Shown: positions 27,900 through 41,504, numbered from the stretch's first letter. The stretch: DNA of 64,000 nt from Octopus vulgaris (GCA_951406725.2 OX597826.1:38068001-38132000); one strand, 5' to 3'. Notes: a model not told the origin generated them from the sequence alone. Program-made: numbers and translations.

Positions 27900-28100
27900 T
27901 TATACCATTTCCTAACAGCTGAGTGGACAGATTGGCAAATTGTAGTCTGAGACAGAACTACATTGATTTGGTACCAGTTACTGACAGCCAGGTCAACTGA
28001 TAGATTTGGTGGACTGTAGTCTAAGGTAGAACTACATTGGTCTGATACAAATAACTGCCAACTTGGTGAACAGACTGGTAGACTGTGGCCTGAAAGGTAA
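27900..28100. repeat. Diverged tandem repeat of about 70 bp, 3 copies
   Basis: Recurring TGTAGTCT.A...AGAACTACATTG motif. Confidence 0.6.
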
Positions 28101-28336
28101 TTAGATTATCATGGTTCCTCTTCCTAAGAGGTACCATCTTATAGGTTTTATTTACCAATGTCAAAAATATCATCTAAGGGCTATGAAAACTCGACAAGAG
28201 TGCCACAGGTTAATTAATAGCTGCTTACTGTGACGATTATTGCTCAACTACTGGGGATTAGTAACAAATTACACCCAATAGAAAATTACTATTTGTAAAT
28301 CTCTCAATGAGAGATATTTAGCAACAGTACTCCAGA

Positions 28337-28494
28337 GTAAAGATTATTTGCCAACATAACGTGGCAGTTCTGCTTCAGGACGAATGTAATTTAGCCCCAG
28401 GAGGCCAGTTGGAGGCGATATCTCCTGGGGCTAAATTACAGCAACATTCGTCCTATACCAGGACTGCCATGATATGATGGCAAATAATATTTAC
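28337..28494. mobile_element. MITE-like fold-back
   Basis: Imperfect inverted arms of about 70 bp, including TGTAATTTAGCCCCAGGAG / CTCCTGGGGCTAAATTACA. Confidence 0.7.
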
Positions 28495-29064
28495 ACTAAA
28501 TTACACCTGAGTAGACAATGCTACGCAATGGCACTTGCATTCAGTGACGCATTATTTAGCTTATCATACCTGTATACAACTAGGTGCACTTGGCCACTCG
28601 AAAATAACATGGCTATGGATATAACGCAATATTGACGAAAAGGGAAACACTCAGTTCTTCTCACTCTCTAGAATTTTGGAGGAATTTTTAAGATATCATG
28701 TTTAGTTGCCATGTCTAATAGAAATGCCCCATTTAGAGTGAATGAAGAAACTGGAATAGCATGCATTATCTCGAGAAGAAAAAAAAAACAATATCTATAT
28801 AGATAATGGTCCAGACCATGATCTAATAACACCTTTGTGACCACAGTTCTAATTAAACACAGTCTTTGTTTTTTTATTTATTTATTTATTTAGAAAACCG
28901 GAAATTTGGAGTTAATTAGTAAAACTCCTCTTTTTATTATCATTATTATTAAACAGATGTTTGCAACAAGACAAAAGACAAGTATTGACATATTGAGATG
29001 ATCTTCGGAACATATTGGCATATCAAAATGGAACAGATGTTGACAACATATACTGACATATTTT

Positions 29065-29232
29065 GTTCTTCTTTTGACACAAGGCCAGAAATATTGAGGA
29101 GTGAAGAAGTCAACCCCAGTGTTAAACTGGTACTTATTTTATCGAACCCCCCCCCCCCCCCCGAAAAGATAAGAAGCAAAGTCAACCTCGGTGAAATTTG
29201 AACTCTGAATGTAAAGACGGACAAAATGCAGC
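29065..29232 (-). mobile_element. SINE family A
   Basis: CTGGTACTTATTTTATCGA...GAAATTTGAACTCTGAATGTAAAGACGG. Confidence 0.8.
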
Positions 29233-29428
29233 CTGACGAGCAGACCAATATTCCCTTTGATCGGATTCCTCCCTAACACATGTCCAGCAGCACGATAACG
29301 TTCGAATCTCCTGTCGATGATATATAGAAGCTCAGTGTCTATTCAGACATTGGTGTTGCGAGTAGCCAGTGGACTTATTTAAAAATAATTAATAGCGACA
29401 GAAGCTGTACTAACATCAAGCAGCAATT

Positions 29429-29695
29429 TTGATCTGCGACTTAACGTGGAGGTTGTGTGAGAACACAAAATACTGCGTTATTTACCGCGAGAGAATCTTT
29501 CATAGAACTCGTGGTGCATAAAAGTACACGTAATTATATCGTTGACGTATCACAGTGAAATCACATGATCTGGCAGTTCCGTCGGATGTAACAGGCGATT
29601 TTTATTCACCACAAGTCTTAATGCGAGATTCTCTCAAGGTAAATAGCCAGTATTCTGTATTCTGACGCAACTTTCACGTTAAGTTGGAGATCAAT
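29429..29695. mobile_element. Old MITE-like fold-back
   Basis: Diverged inverted arms TTGATCT..ACTTAACGTG..ATTTACC..GAGAGAATCT and AGATTCTCTC..GGTAAAT..CACGTTAAGT..AGATCAA. Confidence 0.7.
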
Positions 29696-29878
29696 ATTAT
29701 CTTCTATATATTAATACGCATTTTATCGCTATATATGATCGGCTTGAAAAATTGTTAAGATACTAAGATATTTTCTTACTTTCTTAACATGAAACCAATG
29801 GTAACCTTCATTCACAAATAAAGAAATTATATCCACCAATGCGGTGTTGAGCACTCATTTCCATCGTTAGACGTTTAC

Positions 29879-30045
<167 letters not shown>

Positions 30046-30062
30046 TGTTTATATATTTATTG

Positions 30063-30094
<32 letters not shown>

Positions 30095-30558
30095 TGATAT
30101 ATATTGATGTATATATATTTATTGATATATATATATTACAGTAGTATTTAGTATAGCGCAAAAGAAAAAAATATAAGTTGGTGTATTAAGGTGTTTTTCG
30201 GTACATAACATACGACAAGAACATTATTGATATATGAAAAAGGCATTTGGTACACAAGTTTATAAATAGTTATTCCATAAAATTATGATGGAAAGTGAAA
30301 AACTGAAAAGGTGGTATGCAGGAACCAGACCCTGTCTCTGGTGGATTGGTTCCAAAATGGTTAATTCCAGCAGCTTAAGCACTGAACCACTTTTCTGATA
30401 GAATAAGTGAAAAATACTTGGAATAAAAACTTTTGATTATCTAATTTAATTTGGCGAAATAAAATTTATATTTTATTATTTTCTTCCTGCAACCATTTTC
30501 TCCATATTTTCAGGAGAATTACTTGAAATTTTCTATGTTGCCTATTTATTTATCTACA

Positions 30559-30593
<35 letters not shown>

Positions 30594-30790
30594 ACACAAA
30601 CACTCAAACATACACACAGACGCATATTCATGTGTCTGTGTGAGTATGTGTGTATACTAAACAAGAGGGTGTGTATTTTATTTATTTATATATATGCATT
30701 ATATATTACAGATATTTATACATATATATTCATTATATTTTACAAATATATATATTATATATTATAAATATATAAATATATATACATTAC

Positions 30791-30830
<40 letters not shown>

Positions 30831-31162
30831 CAATAAACCATCATTTTTGAAAGAATATACATACAGAAATAAAACAAAATTCAATTCTGTCCATTAGGAG
30901 GGGGAGGAGAAGTATAAAAATTTTTAAAACAACAACAAATACCACAGAATACAGAAAAAATAAACCATTCAATATTTTGAAATTATTCTCAAACCCAAAA
31001 TGTTTTTCTTTCTTTCTACTTTCTTTCTTTTTTTTTCATCTTGTTATTTGGAGGAAAAAACTGTCTTATCAGGTTTTACTTATTTTTATGATTGAGAAGA
31101 AAAAGAAAACCTTCAAATAAAATAAAAGTTATTTTGATTTAGATAAAAATAAAAAAATATAA

Positions 31163-31239
<77 letters not shown>

Positions 31240-31939
31240 CAACAACAACAACAATAAACAAACGAGAAAGATAATAAAGAAAATTTGTTTTTACTTTAAC
31301 TTTTTGTTTTCTTAGATTTATTCTGTGAAGTTTTTCAGTTGAACATTACATTATGGTCCGGAAATGAAATAGCATTAAAGAGGCCCTGATTTACAATCGG
31401 TTTGTCTTATACATATGTCTGTCAAATGGTAAGTTAGCCGTGAAATTAGCCTCAAGTTTTACTTTATAAACAACAATAACGCCAACATCGTAAATGCTTT
31501 GGTGAGGTTTCTTTTAGTTGTACGATTACAGTTAGGTTGTTATGTGTGGCGGTGTGTTGTAAAGGTGTGTTGAGTGTAAGACAGAGACAAACAGACAGAC
31601 TGAGTCAATGAGAAAGAGAGAGAAAGCGAGAGAGAGAGGGGGGGGGTTACAAGAGATTATTTTACCTACTTGTGTATGTATGTTTATTGAAAAGAAGACA
31701 ATAATACAGGCATATATATACTTATATATATATATATGAGTGTGTCTGTGTCTGTGTCTGTGTGTGTGTGTGCATACTTGCCTGCGTATAAATAAATATA
31801 ATATATATCTGTTTTAATGTCTACTTCTCAATATACATACACAGATAATATATATACATACACGTACAATCACATTGGTAGACAGACAGACAAACAGACA
31901 GGCATATATATATATCTAGTTCCAAGAATAAAATTTCAC

Positions 31940-32620
31940 AGATGCCCTGGAATACATCATCCATGATATTCATGGAGTCTAAAGGAGTTCAGGTCTTTCA
32001 CCATCCGTTCCCCATCTCGCCCAGTTGACCCAGTTGATATTGATCAAGTCCTCGCTGTATTCCACCAGTAACAAATCATGCGTCTGCCCAGTTTATACAA
32101 AGTCATCTAGTGGCCCTCTTAATGGCTTCGCTGGCGAAATATAAGGCCCTCCTCATCGCTGCACCAGTAATCGAAAGCCCAGTCAGAGCTTTGCAAAGTG
32201 ATAAGGGCTAAATCTCAGCAGCCTACATCATTTGGCTTGCATCATGCCCACCAGCCTTGTCTGTACTTCTTGACAACTTTCTAATATCTTCCTATGAGCC
32301 TCCTGTACGTGTTTTCTCAGAGCGTACTCAGTTCCCACATGATCACATGTTAAGAATATTCTGAGAACATGACTATATCTAGGCAGAATATCGTTGATAT
32401 AATCTGCTTCCGCACGATCCATATTCCCATCTGCCAGTCAGTCTGAGGATATGGAAAGTTGTTCATGGTTGAGTAGAAAGAGTTCCAGCTACATTCGGGA
32501 AAAGTAGTGGTTTCCTTCCTCAGGTTTGCTGTCCTGTATGGCTTTTAAGATCACCTCTAGGACAGCTCCTGAGGAGATACAGTAGACGAGGGACAAAAGC
32601 GTGCTCCACTCCTGCCTCGT
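31940..32620 (-). mobile_element. Heavily decayed HERO-like REL non-LTR retrotransposon, 3' end
   Basis: Broken peptides DIVMFSE..VIMWEL, GW..C.P.DVGC and ITGAAMRRAL..ASEA..RATR resemble the recalled HERO-type C-terminus. The 3' UTR reads TGATCAA..CTGGGTCAACTGGGCGAG..GAAAGACCTGAA..GATGATGT. An upstream piece FFIQAVYD lies at about 33040-33070. Confidence 0.6.
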
Positions 32621-33149
32621 GTATGAAGATTAATTTTAATTTGTAATATGTCAGATCAGGTCAGAGACCTTATTACAGACTGATGATACTTGCTATTGGT
32701 ACCATGTCGACCACTACTATCTGTTTCATCGTCGAATGACCATGACAAAACTGACTCCTCCAATTGAGTGGCTTGCTACTCTTATGAGAAAGATATTTGG
32801 ATATCTAGCAGGGCTAAAAACAAAACCTTTTGAAGGACGGATGAGCTACCTGTGGTCCAACGTCCATCTATCTGGAGAAGGCAATAGCAAATACTTCAAC
32901 ATCCTTGAAAATACTATGAGAAAGTCAGAACGAAGTAATGTTATGGCTTCATCTGATGGGAGAACTTGCGCTTAATTGTGAAGAATTTTCGGTGTAGTGT
33001 CCCCAAAGCACTGCAAAAGGAATAAGATACATGACGGTGAATGTGTCGTAGACTGCCTGGATGAAGAATGTGCTGCGATAGATGTAATCTCGGAAGTGAG
33101 CCGACCAAGTAATGTTCCGCTGCCGTTTGTTGACTTAACTTGCCCAGGT

Positions 33150-33663
33150 TCTTTTTTCACTGTGTCCCGCCATCTTGTTCAAGCTAGTTCTTCGTTGCGT
33201 CCCGCCATCTTGTTCAAGCTCTTTTTTCGCTGAGTCCCGCCATCTTCAAATTCATTTATGGATGTGTCCTGCCATCTTCTTCACGCTACTTTTTCGTTGT
33301 GTCCTGCCATCTTGTTTATGCCCTCTTTTCGCTGTGTCCCGCCATCTTGTTCAAGCTCCTTTTTCACTGTATCCCGCCAACTTGTTCACTCTCGGTTTTC
33401 GCTCTGTCCCACCATCTGGTTCAAGCTCATTTTTCGCTCTGTCCCGTCATCTTGTTTAAGCTCTTTTTAGCTGTGTCCCGCTATCTTTTTTAAGCTTCTT
33501 TTTCGCTGTGTCCCGCTTATCTTGTTTAAGCTCTTTTTTCTCTGTGTCCCACCATCTTGTTCAAGCTCTATTTTCGCTATGTCTCGCCATCTTGTTCAAA
33601 CCCCTTTTCCACTGTGTCCCGCCATCTTGTTCAATTTCCTTCTTCGCCGTGTTCCGCCATCTT
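33150..33663. repeat. 35-bp minisatellite, about 14-15 copies
   Basis: Unit is approximately TTTTTTCGCTGTGTCCCGCCATCTTGTTCAAGCTC; CATC recurs at 33171, 33206 and 33241. Confidence 0.9.
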
Positions 33664-33959
33664 ACTAGCTTATGCTGTCACTTCACTTGCACTAACTCCT
33701 TGGTGACTCACATTCATCGAAGCGGAACAACTTCAGCTTAGCTAAAACAACTATTTAATCACTGAGAATACACAAAGGTTAACACGTAATCGGAGCTGTG
33801 ACTTTATACCTATTTGAATTAAACGACAAAAATAGTTCTTAAATATACCAAATATAGAAATATCGAATATTTACCAAAGTTTACTTCATATGACTTATAA
33901 CGTTTTTGATGACTATTCACTTCAGCTGCTGCTTTTAAATTAAAGACACAGACAGACAG

Positions 33960-34026
<67 letters not shown>

Positions 34027-34049
34027 TTCATTTAGATTCAGATGAATAT

Positions 34050-34207
34050 GGTACTTAAGTTAAAGGCACCAGAATTTTGCATGGTATTATCCATATAAAT
34101 CAAATGGGGTGATTATAATCAAAATAAGCAACAAGGATATCCAAGGTAGAGTAGAGTAGCATGAAACAATTGTACCACTCTACCTTGGATATCCTAGTTG
34201 CTTATTT

Positions 34208-34212
<5 letters not shown>
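34050..34212. mobile_element. Penelope-like terminal fragment with 34-bp inverted arms
   Basis: TCAAAATAAGCAAC.AGGATATCCAAGGTAGAGT and its reverse complement enclose the half-hammerhead GCATGAAACAATTGTAC. Same family as 25270-25322. Confidence 0.65.
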
Positions 34213-34303
<91 letters not shown>

Positions 34304-35779
34304 ATGTATATATACAAGGTAGAAAAGCAGTCCTATCACTTCAAATAATGTTTGTCTAAAAGGCTTACATGAGAAAACGGAAAGTTTTATCAAGAGAATT
34401 GGGTGTCAAATATATTTCTTTGAAATTATGTTACCAGAATATACGGCGAAAATTAAATCTAGTTTCAAAGCTCTATCTTATCCTTTTCCTAAGAATTTGT
34501 ACCAATCATTCGAAGACGTTCCATTCCTTCTGATCAAATATATCAAATTTAGAAGTAATTATAGCGGCCTATTTCAGAAATAAAACTTTGAAAATTTGAA
34601 AGTTAAAAACAAGTAACTACATTTTTGTTATTTCTGATAAAACCGAAAATTTATATAGCATTAAGAAATAAACTTAGCACTGATTTCTATCTAATTCGAT
34701 CATTAATCTATAAAAAAAAAGACATTGAAAAATAGTCTTAAACGATGTGAATACCATCGCTAAAACCGATTTCAGGGAACCTGATATAAATTATAGGGTT
34801 GACTTACTAATAACTCAAAAACCAAACTTTACGATTAAAGATCACAAATTTAATTTTTTTAATCAACCTTGAATTAAACTCATTAACCTTTCCAAAACTT
34901 ATTTAAATATCATACGTAAAAACATAAAGCAAACTGCTGGTCCCGTTTTATGGATGCCCAGGGTAAAAAAAAAAAACTTATGTTGCCAGTCCATTAGCAG
35001 TTCCAGTGACTATGGAAGTGAGAAAGCCAGAGGCCCTAGAAGGCGCTTCTGCTAAATCGCCACAAGAGGGTTTCCTCATCGTCATCTTACGACTATAGGA
35101 AGAAAATTCAATCTAGAAATGAGTGAGCTAAAAGAAAAATGGTGCTCCAGAAAGAATGACTGAATTTTAAAAACTGGTGTTTCAAAACCCTGCATGATAA
35201 GTCAATCACCCTTTCGTTAGAACTCTTGTAAGGTTGAGCAACGAAAAACTAGAAAATATGAACAAAATTTTGTGTTGGTTGAGGAGGATATTAAATCGCA
35301 GAAGGACCTACTTCCAACTAGACTACTACTGCTATTTTCACTACTACTAAGCTAGATTCTTGTTCTGTCGCTGGAGGCAACGATTCACTGATAAACAGTG
35401 AGAACAATGCCAGCTGGATTCGAACTCACAACACAAACGTGTTTTACTTTTACAGGAAATTAATGAAAATATATCATATAAAATTTGAAAAAAAGTAAAT
35501 AAAAAGGAGTACGGTAGATTTGCTAAATCGGTAGAGCAATGGACAAATACCTTGTTATACTTAGCTATGACTCATTACTTTCGAGTTCACATCCCACCAA
35601 AGTCAGTTTTATTTTTCAGTCTTCTGAAATCAATACAACAAATTTACGAGTTTCTGCTTCGGGACGCAGAAATGGGTTACGGGGACAACCTTCTCTCCTG
35701 ACTAAAAGATTTCAAATATATTATCGACAACAAACCCATATTTGCAAACAATGTTGTTTATGGCTTCATATTAATTACA

Positions 35780-36801
35780 AATTTTGGTACAGGACCAGCA
35801 AATTCGCGTGAGGGGCAACTCAATTACATCGACTCCAGTGCTCAACCGACTCAGAAAGGATGAAAGGCAAAGTCGAACTAGGTAGAATTTGAACTCAGAA
35901 TGCAAAGATGGGTGACATGCTGCGAATTATTTTGCCCGATTTGCTAACCATTCTGCCAGCTCGCCGCCTAAATATGGCTAAATATTATTTGATAATTATT
36001 TCTACTCTAGGCACAAGGCCTTGAAGATTTGAAGGGGAGTCTAGTCGATTACATCGGCCCCAGTGCGTCCCTGGTACTTATTTAATCGACCCCGAGAGGA
36101 TGAAAGACAAAGTCGACCTCGGCGGAATTTGAACTCAGAACGTAGCGACAGACGAAATACCTATTTCTTTACTACCCACAAGAGGCCAAGCACAGAGGGG
36201 ACAAACAAGGACAGGCACACGGATCAAGTCGATTACATCGACCCCAGTGCGTAACTGGTACTTAATTTATCGACCCCCAAAGTCTGAAAGGCAAAGTCGA
36301 CCTCGGCAGAATTTGAACTCAGAACGTAACGGCAGACGAAATACCGCTGAGCATTTCGCCCGGCGTGCTAACGATTCTGCAAGTTCTCCGCCTTCACATA
36401 TTCTTTTCTACTCTAGGGACGAGGCTCGAATGTTTTGGTGAGTGAAGCCAGTCGATTATATCGACTCCAGTACGCAAGTGGTACTTAATTTATTGACCTC
36501 GAAAGGATGAAAGGCAAAATTGACCTCGGCGGAATTTGAACTCAGAACGTAAAGACGGACGAAATACCTATTTCTTTACTGCCCACAAGGGGCTACACAC
36601 AGAGGGGACAAACAAGGACAGACAAACGGATTAAGTCGATTACACCGACCCCAGTGCGTAACTGGTACTTATTTAATCGACCCCGAAAGAATGAAAGGCA
36701 AAGTCGACCTTGGCGGAATTTGAACTCAGAACGTAGCGGCAGACGAAATACCGCAAAGCATCTCGCCCGTCGTGCTAACGTTTCTGCCAGCTCGCCGCCT
36801 T
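35780..36801 (-). mobile_element. Head-to-tail cluster of SINE family A: one monomer and two dimers
   Basis: Five GAATTTGAACTCAGAA cores. The dimer junction GAAATAC|CTATTTCTTT is at about 36160 and 36567. Confidence 0.9.
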
Positions 36802-37331
36802 CAAGTACTATTTGATAATACAAAACATAGTATTATATATTCTGAAGAAAGCCCAGTGTAAGGTCCTGAGGAAAAAGTGCAAGGGCGTAGAGAACGCTAG
36901 ATCTGAAGGTACGAATATGTGAGCTCAAAAAGCACGAACGGTATACATAAGTGCAATATTTCTGAAAAAGAAAAAAATTCAATAAATCAAAGGAATAGAA
37001 TTGGCAATATTGAAGTGTTGTAGACAGAATTAGAAACAGCACTAAGAACATCAATTTACTTGCTTGCTTCTAGGGTTGTCCTTGTTACACCATTTAATGC
37101 TAAGTCAGTATCTGAATGCAAAAGATAAAGAAATCAAGTGGGAAGTAGGAACTAAGATGGAGAATTAGCAAAGCACATCAGAATCTGGTTCGAAGAAAAC
37201 ATTCAATAAATATTTCGTTCTGCATTTGGATTGAGTTTTGTACAAATATTTTGTTTTTAATGATAACAGGGTTTTAAAATTTATTTTTTACTCATACACA
37301 CACATACATGCACACACACGCACACACATAC

Positions 37332-37366
<35 letters not shown>

Positions 37367-37548
37367 TAAATGAAATCTGTTATAGAGAATATGAAAGGCT
37401 TTCAAATTGAAAATAAAATAATAAAATATGCTTTCGTTCATAATGGATCATACTGCTTGCCTTCTTATTACACCGATTTGTGTTTGGTTATTGATGGAAA
37501 TATGTATGTGTGTATGTGTATCTGTGTGTGTGTACACGTGCGTGTATC

Positions 37549-37579
<31 letters not shown>

Positions 37580-37666
37580 TGAATGTGTATATAAATATTA
37601 TATATTTATATATATATGTATATATGTATGTATATGTGTATATATATATATGCGTATATATGTATA

Positions 37667-37723
<57 letters not shown>

Positions 37724-37830
37724 ATGTATGTATAAATAAATATATGTATGTATGTAGATAAGTATATGTGCAAAATTTATATATCTATATGCATTTAAAG
37801 GAAAATGTTTTTTCCGTATAGATGCTTACG

Positions 37831-37875
<45 letters not shown>

Positions 37876-38694
37876 CATATATGCATTAGTTCATAAACAC
37901 ACGCACACATACACACAGACAGGCAGACAGACAAACAGAGAGAGAGAGAGAGAGAGAGATAAGTAGGTAGGTAGGTAGGTAGGTAGGTAGGTAGGTAGGT
38001 AGGTGCGTGCGTGTATACTGCAAGCCTGTTTTTATATTCATTTTGTGCAGAATTTCTGTATATTCATATATAGCACTTGTGTGTATGTATGCGTATACAC
38101 ACATACACATACACACACGCACACAGACTTAGAGCCTTTAGTGTGTGCACGTGTGCATGCGTGCACTCATGCGAATGTATACCTATTTTACTTAGCAAAA
38201 CTAAATAAAATCAAATTTTTGTGAGGAATTTTTCCAGTGAACACCATGGAGATTTCTGTTCATTTATGCATTGTGCATGGATGCATTAGTCTTGGACAAA
38301 TGCATAAATTCACGAAAAGAAAATTGAGAAAAAAGACGATATAAGCTAACGAAAGAAGTAAAAGAATCCTACCAATATCTTTGCAATTCTTAAGACCCAG
38401 ATTTTATGGAAATTCTATATCTTAAAGGGACGAAAAGAAAAAGGATTTCTAAAGAAAAATAAAGAATATAGAAAAGGGGAGATTAAATTTTAGATTAAAA
38501 AATAATTCTTTTTTTATTGAAAAATTTTCTAAATGTATAAAGAATACATTAGAACCTGTTAAGCAAACTTGTATTTGTATACCAGCTCGATAATTACATC
38601 ACAGATATTCGAAATTACAACGCAATCAAAGAGTGCGGAGTCTAACAAAAGAATTCTATAGAGATCAGCAAATTTTTTTTAAAATCACAAATGC

Positions 38695-38763
<69 letters not shown>

Positions 38764-38834
38764 TAATAAAAATAATAATAATAATAATAATAACTATAAT
38801 AATAATAATAATAATGATAATAATAATAATAATA

Positions 38835-38865
<31 letters not shown>

Positions 38866-38876
38866 TAGTAGTAGTA

Positions 38877-38962
<86 letters not shown>
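38695..38962. repeat. (AAT)n microsatellite
   Basis: Direct reading. Confidence 0.95.
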
Positions 38963-38964
<2 letters not shown>

Positions 38965-39091
38965 GTAACTAAAAGAAGTGAAATATTCTTTTCAGACAAA
39001 GAACAAACAGTAAAGGGATATGCAAATTAAAATTGCACATATGTCTGATTGATATAATCTGTTCTCTTATGGACGCTGTTTAGTAATTTGC

Positions 39092-39148
<57 letters not shown>

Positions 39149-39259
39149 GTTCTGTGTCATGATTAGACTCCAGATAAATGAGGAGATGGCTTACAACAAC
39201 ATTAACACAAATTACATTTAGTAAAGACGGCTCCATAGATGAACAACTCTTCAATGCTC

Positions 39260-40065
39260 TCTGCTATAAACCGTTGTTTTACATTATAAAGAGCAGCAGT
39301 TCTATATACTATAATACAGACAAACGGTTTTATTATCAATGGTACAGAGCAACCGATCTATTCCCCAGAATAAAGACCATCAGTTCGGTACATCATAGAT
39401 GAAACCAGGAGTTCTCTTCTTCGTGCTATAGACTAACAGTTCCATTTTAAATAGTAAAGATTAGCAGCTGTTTATCCCATAGTAGAAATTGACAATTCTT
39501 TCTATATTAAAGATAAACAGTTCTATACTCCTTAGTACAGACCAGCTGTTCTATTTTTGATAATATAGACCAAGGGTCCTATTTTCTTTGATATACACCA
39601 AGAGTTCTGTTGTGACAACAAAGACCACCAGTTCTAATTTTCGTGACATAGATAAACAGGTTCTACTTTCAATAGTATTGACCAGTAAATAGTTGTATCC
39701 TCCACAACATAAATTCTCAGATTTTCAACAGTAAAAAATAACATGTTACCTAAATTTTATAGACCGACGATTCTATTTCTTATAGCATATATCAATAATT
39801 CTCTACTGAATAAAACAGATCAACAACTCAATGTTCAGTAGTATAAACCAACAATTCTATTTTCTACGATGATACAAACTATCAGAGTGAAATATATTTG
39901 CTGGTTTTTATTATTGGAAATAGTTCAGACTACTAGCAATACTAACCGTAATATAGACTTGTACTTATATTTTTCTTAGTACAAGCCAATACCAATATTT
40001 TCCATACTATAAGCTAACGGTTCTATTCTCTATGGCTATAGATCGGCAGTTTTATTTTCCTAATA
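39260..40065. repeat. Highly diverged 28-bp minisatellite, about 25 copies
   Basis: Consensus is approximately AGACCAGCAGTTCTATTTTCCATAGTAT, with the period kept near 28 bp. Confidence 0.75.
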
Positions 40066-40194
40066 AGTAAATGAGAACAGGTTTCTTTATTGCAGGATCG
40101 TTTTCAAAACTTAATTGTAAATTACCAATCTTATTTAATTCTAATTAAAATTATTTATTCTAGTCCTCAAAGACAGCGGAGACAATTCTGAAAA

Positions 40195-40450
40195 GCCAGA
40201 TAGTGAAGTCACAATAGTGCTCAAGAAAAACGTAATCGAAAAAAAGTTAAATCGGTTTATGCGAAGGCAATTTTTAAAAAAAGGTATGCAAGCCACCAGT
40301 CTTTTTTTCCGAAACAGGAACAAAGATAAAGCGACAAAGCTGCCTAGCCATGCACGGGATTTGAAAACCAACACCACATCGCATACAGTCAAATAAAGCA
40401 TCGTAAAGAAATTTAGGCCATATGTAAACGGATCAAAGACATACAAGCTA
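40195..40450 (+). pseudogene. Penelope-like GIY-YIG endonuclease remnant
   Basis: With frameshifts it reads *IGLCEGNF-KKRYASHQSFF-RNRNKDKATKLPSHARDLK..VK*SIVKKFRPYVNGSKTYKL, matching the PLE pattern YIG..F..RY..H..SF...WSI...PY...SK.C.L. Confidence 0.7.
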
Positions 40451-40683
40451 AAATATTGTTCTTTCTTTGTACATCCAAGAATTCCACCACACTTCTTAAT
40501 TTCAGATCCGTAATTTTTCTCGTGTTTTGTCACAGACAAGCGTTCTGTTACATAAATAAAATAAACCATGTGTATTGAATTTATAAGGTTGCTCGGAGAT
40601 ACACAGCATGTTACATAAATCTGCCGAATTACAGTGTTTCTACGACATGAAACTATTCCTAGCTCATATTTAAACACTGACAC

Positions 40684-40747
<64 letters not shown>

Positions 40748-40751
<4 letters not shown>

Positions 40752-41200
40752 ATTTAAAAATAGGATAAAATCTTCATAAGAAATAGAATAAACAACAACA
40801 AACCCATATTTGCAAACAATGAACAAAATCAACATACCAGACGAACAACCATCGTATCCACCGTAGCATATAGAACTGTTCACCCTTTATACATCTATGT
40901 AAATGGCGGGCTTTTTCGAATTGCATTTCGGTAACAATGTGCTTATTCGGAATAAAAATTCAGTATTGAATTATTCCGGTGAAATTTATAATTTAAAAAT
41001 AGGATAAAATCTTCATAAGAAATTATCAAGTAGTTAGCGTGAAAACCTCATAAGAGGACAAATGCATTTGTTCGTCTGGTATGTTGATTTTGTTCATTCA
41101 TTATAAATCTTGAATCATGCTGTCACTGATGAGTAAGGGACGCAGCCGCTGCGTTAATTATGAAATCACTGGTGATCTGCAGCTAAATTCTGTTTTTATA
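40748..41200. mobile_element. Rearranged Penelope-like terminus
   Basis: Direct repeat of about 36 bp (40748 and 40987), inverted repeat of about 31 bp (40818 and 41068), then a hammerhead motif. Confidence 0.6.
41119..41183 (+). ncRNA. Type I hammerhead ribozyme-like motif with an extended stem II
   Basis: Stem I GCTG(T)CA/TGCAGC; CTGATGA; stem II GTAA/TTAT plus ACGCAG-ccg-CTGCGT; GAAA; stem III ATCAC-TG-GTGAT; AUC triplet. Confidence 0.75.
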
Positions 41201-41303
41201 TGACTCGCTTCGAGACTTGCATTCGGTACGATATGTTTATTTTGGTAGTTTTGACTTTAAGAGTCCCTCCTAGCGTGCGGCATTTATGTGTAATAGTGCC
41301 CTC

Positions 41304-41345
<42 letters not shown>

Positions 41346-41504
41346 GTAACAAGTGGTATGAGTAGTCACTATAAATAGGTGAGTACGAGACAGTACGACG
41401 GAGTACGTAGTAGGCAAAGAGATGGTCGCGTATACCGAAGTAGGCCTTATAATAATCCAACATTTAAAAGGATTGCCACAGTGACGACGGGAGTTATAAC
41501 ATAT

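Noticed and set aside
33150-33741. CRISPR-like array or repeat-protein ORFs
   Set aside because: Contiguous 35-bp units with no spacers and no cas genes; the period is not a multiple of 3.
39260-40065. CRISPR interpretation of the 28-bp array
   Set aside because: The repeats are too degenerate, the variable halves are related to one another, and the context is eukaryotic.
40141-40683. 180-aa minus-strand ORF
   Set aside because: No recognisable motifs; it lies antisense to the GIY-YIG remnant.
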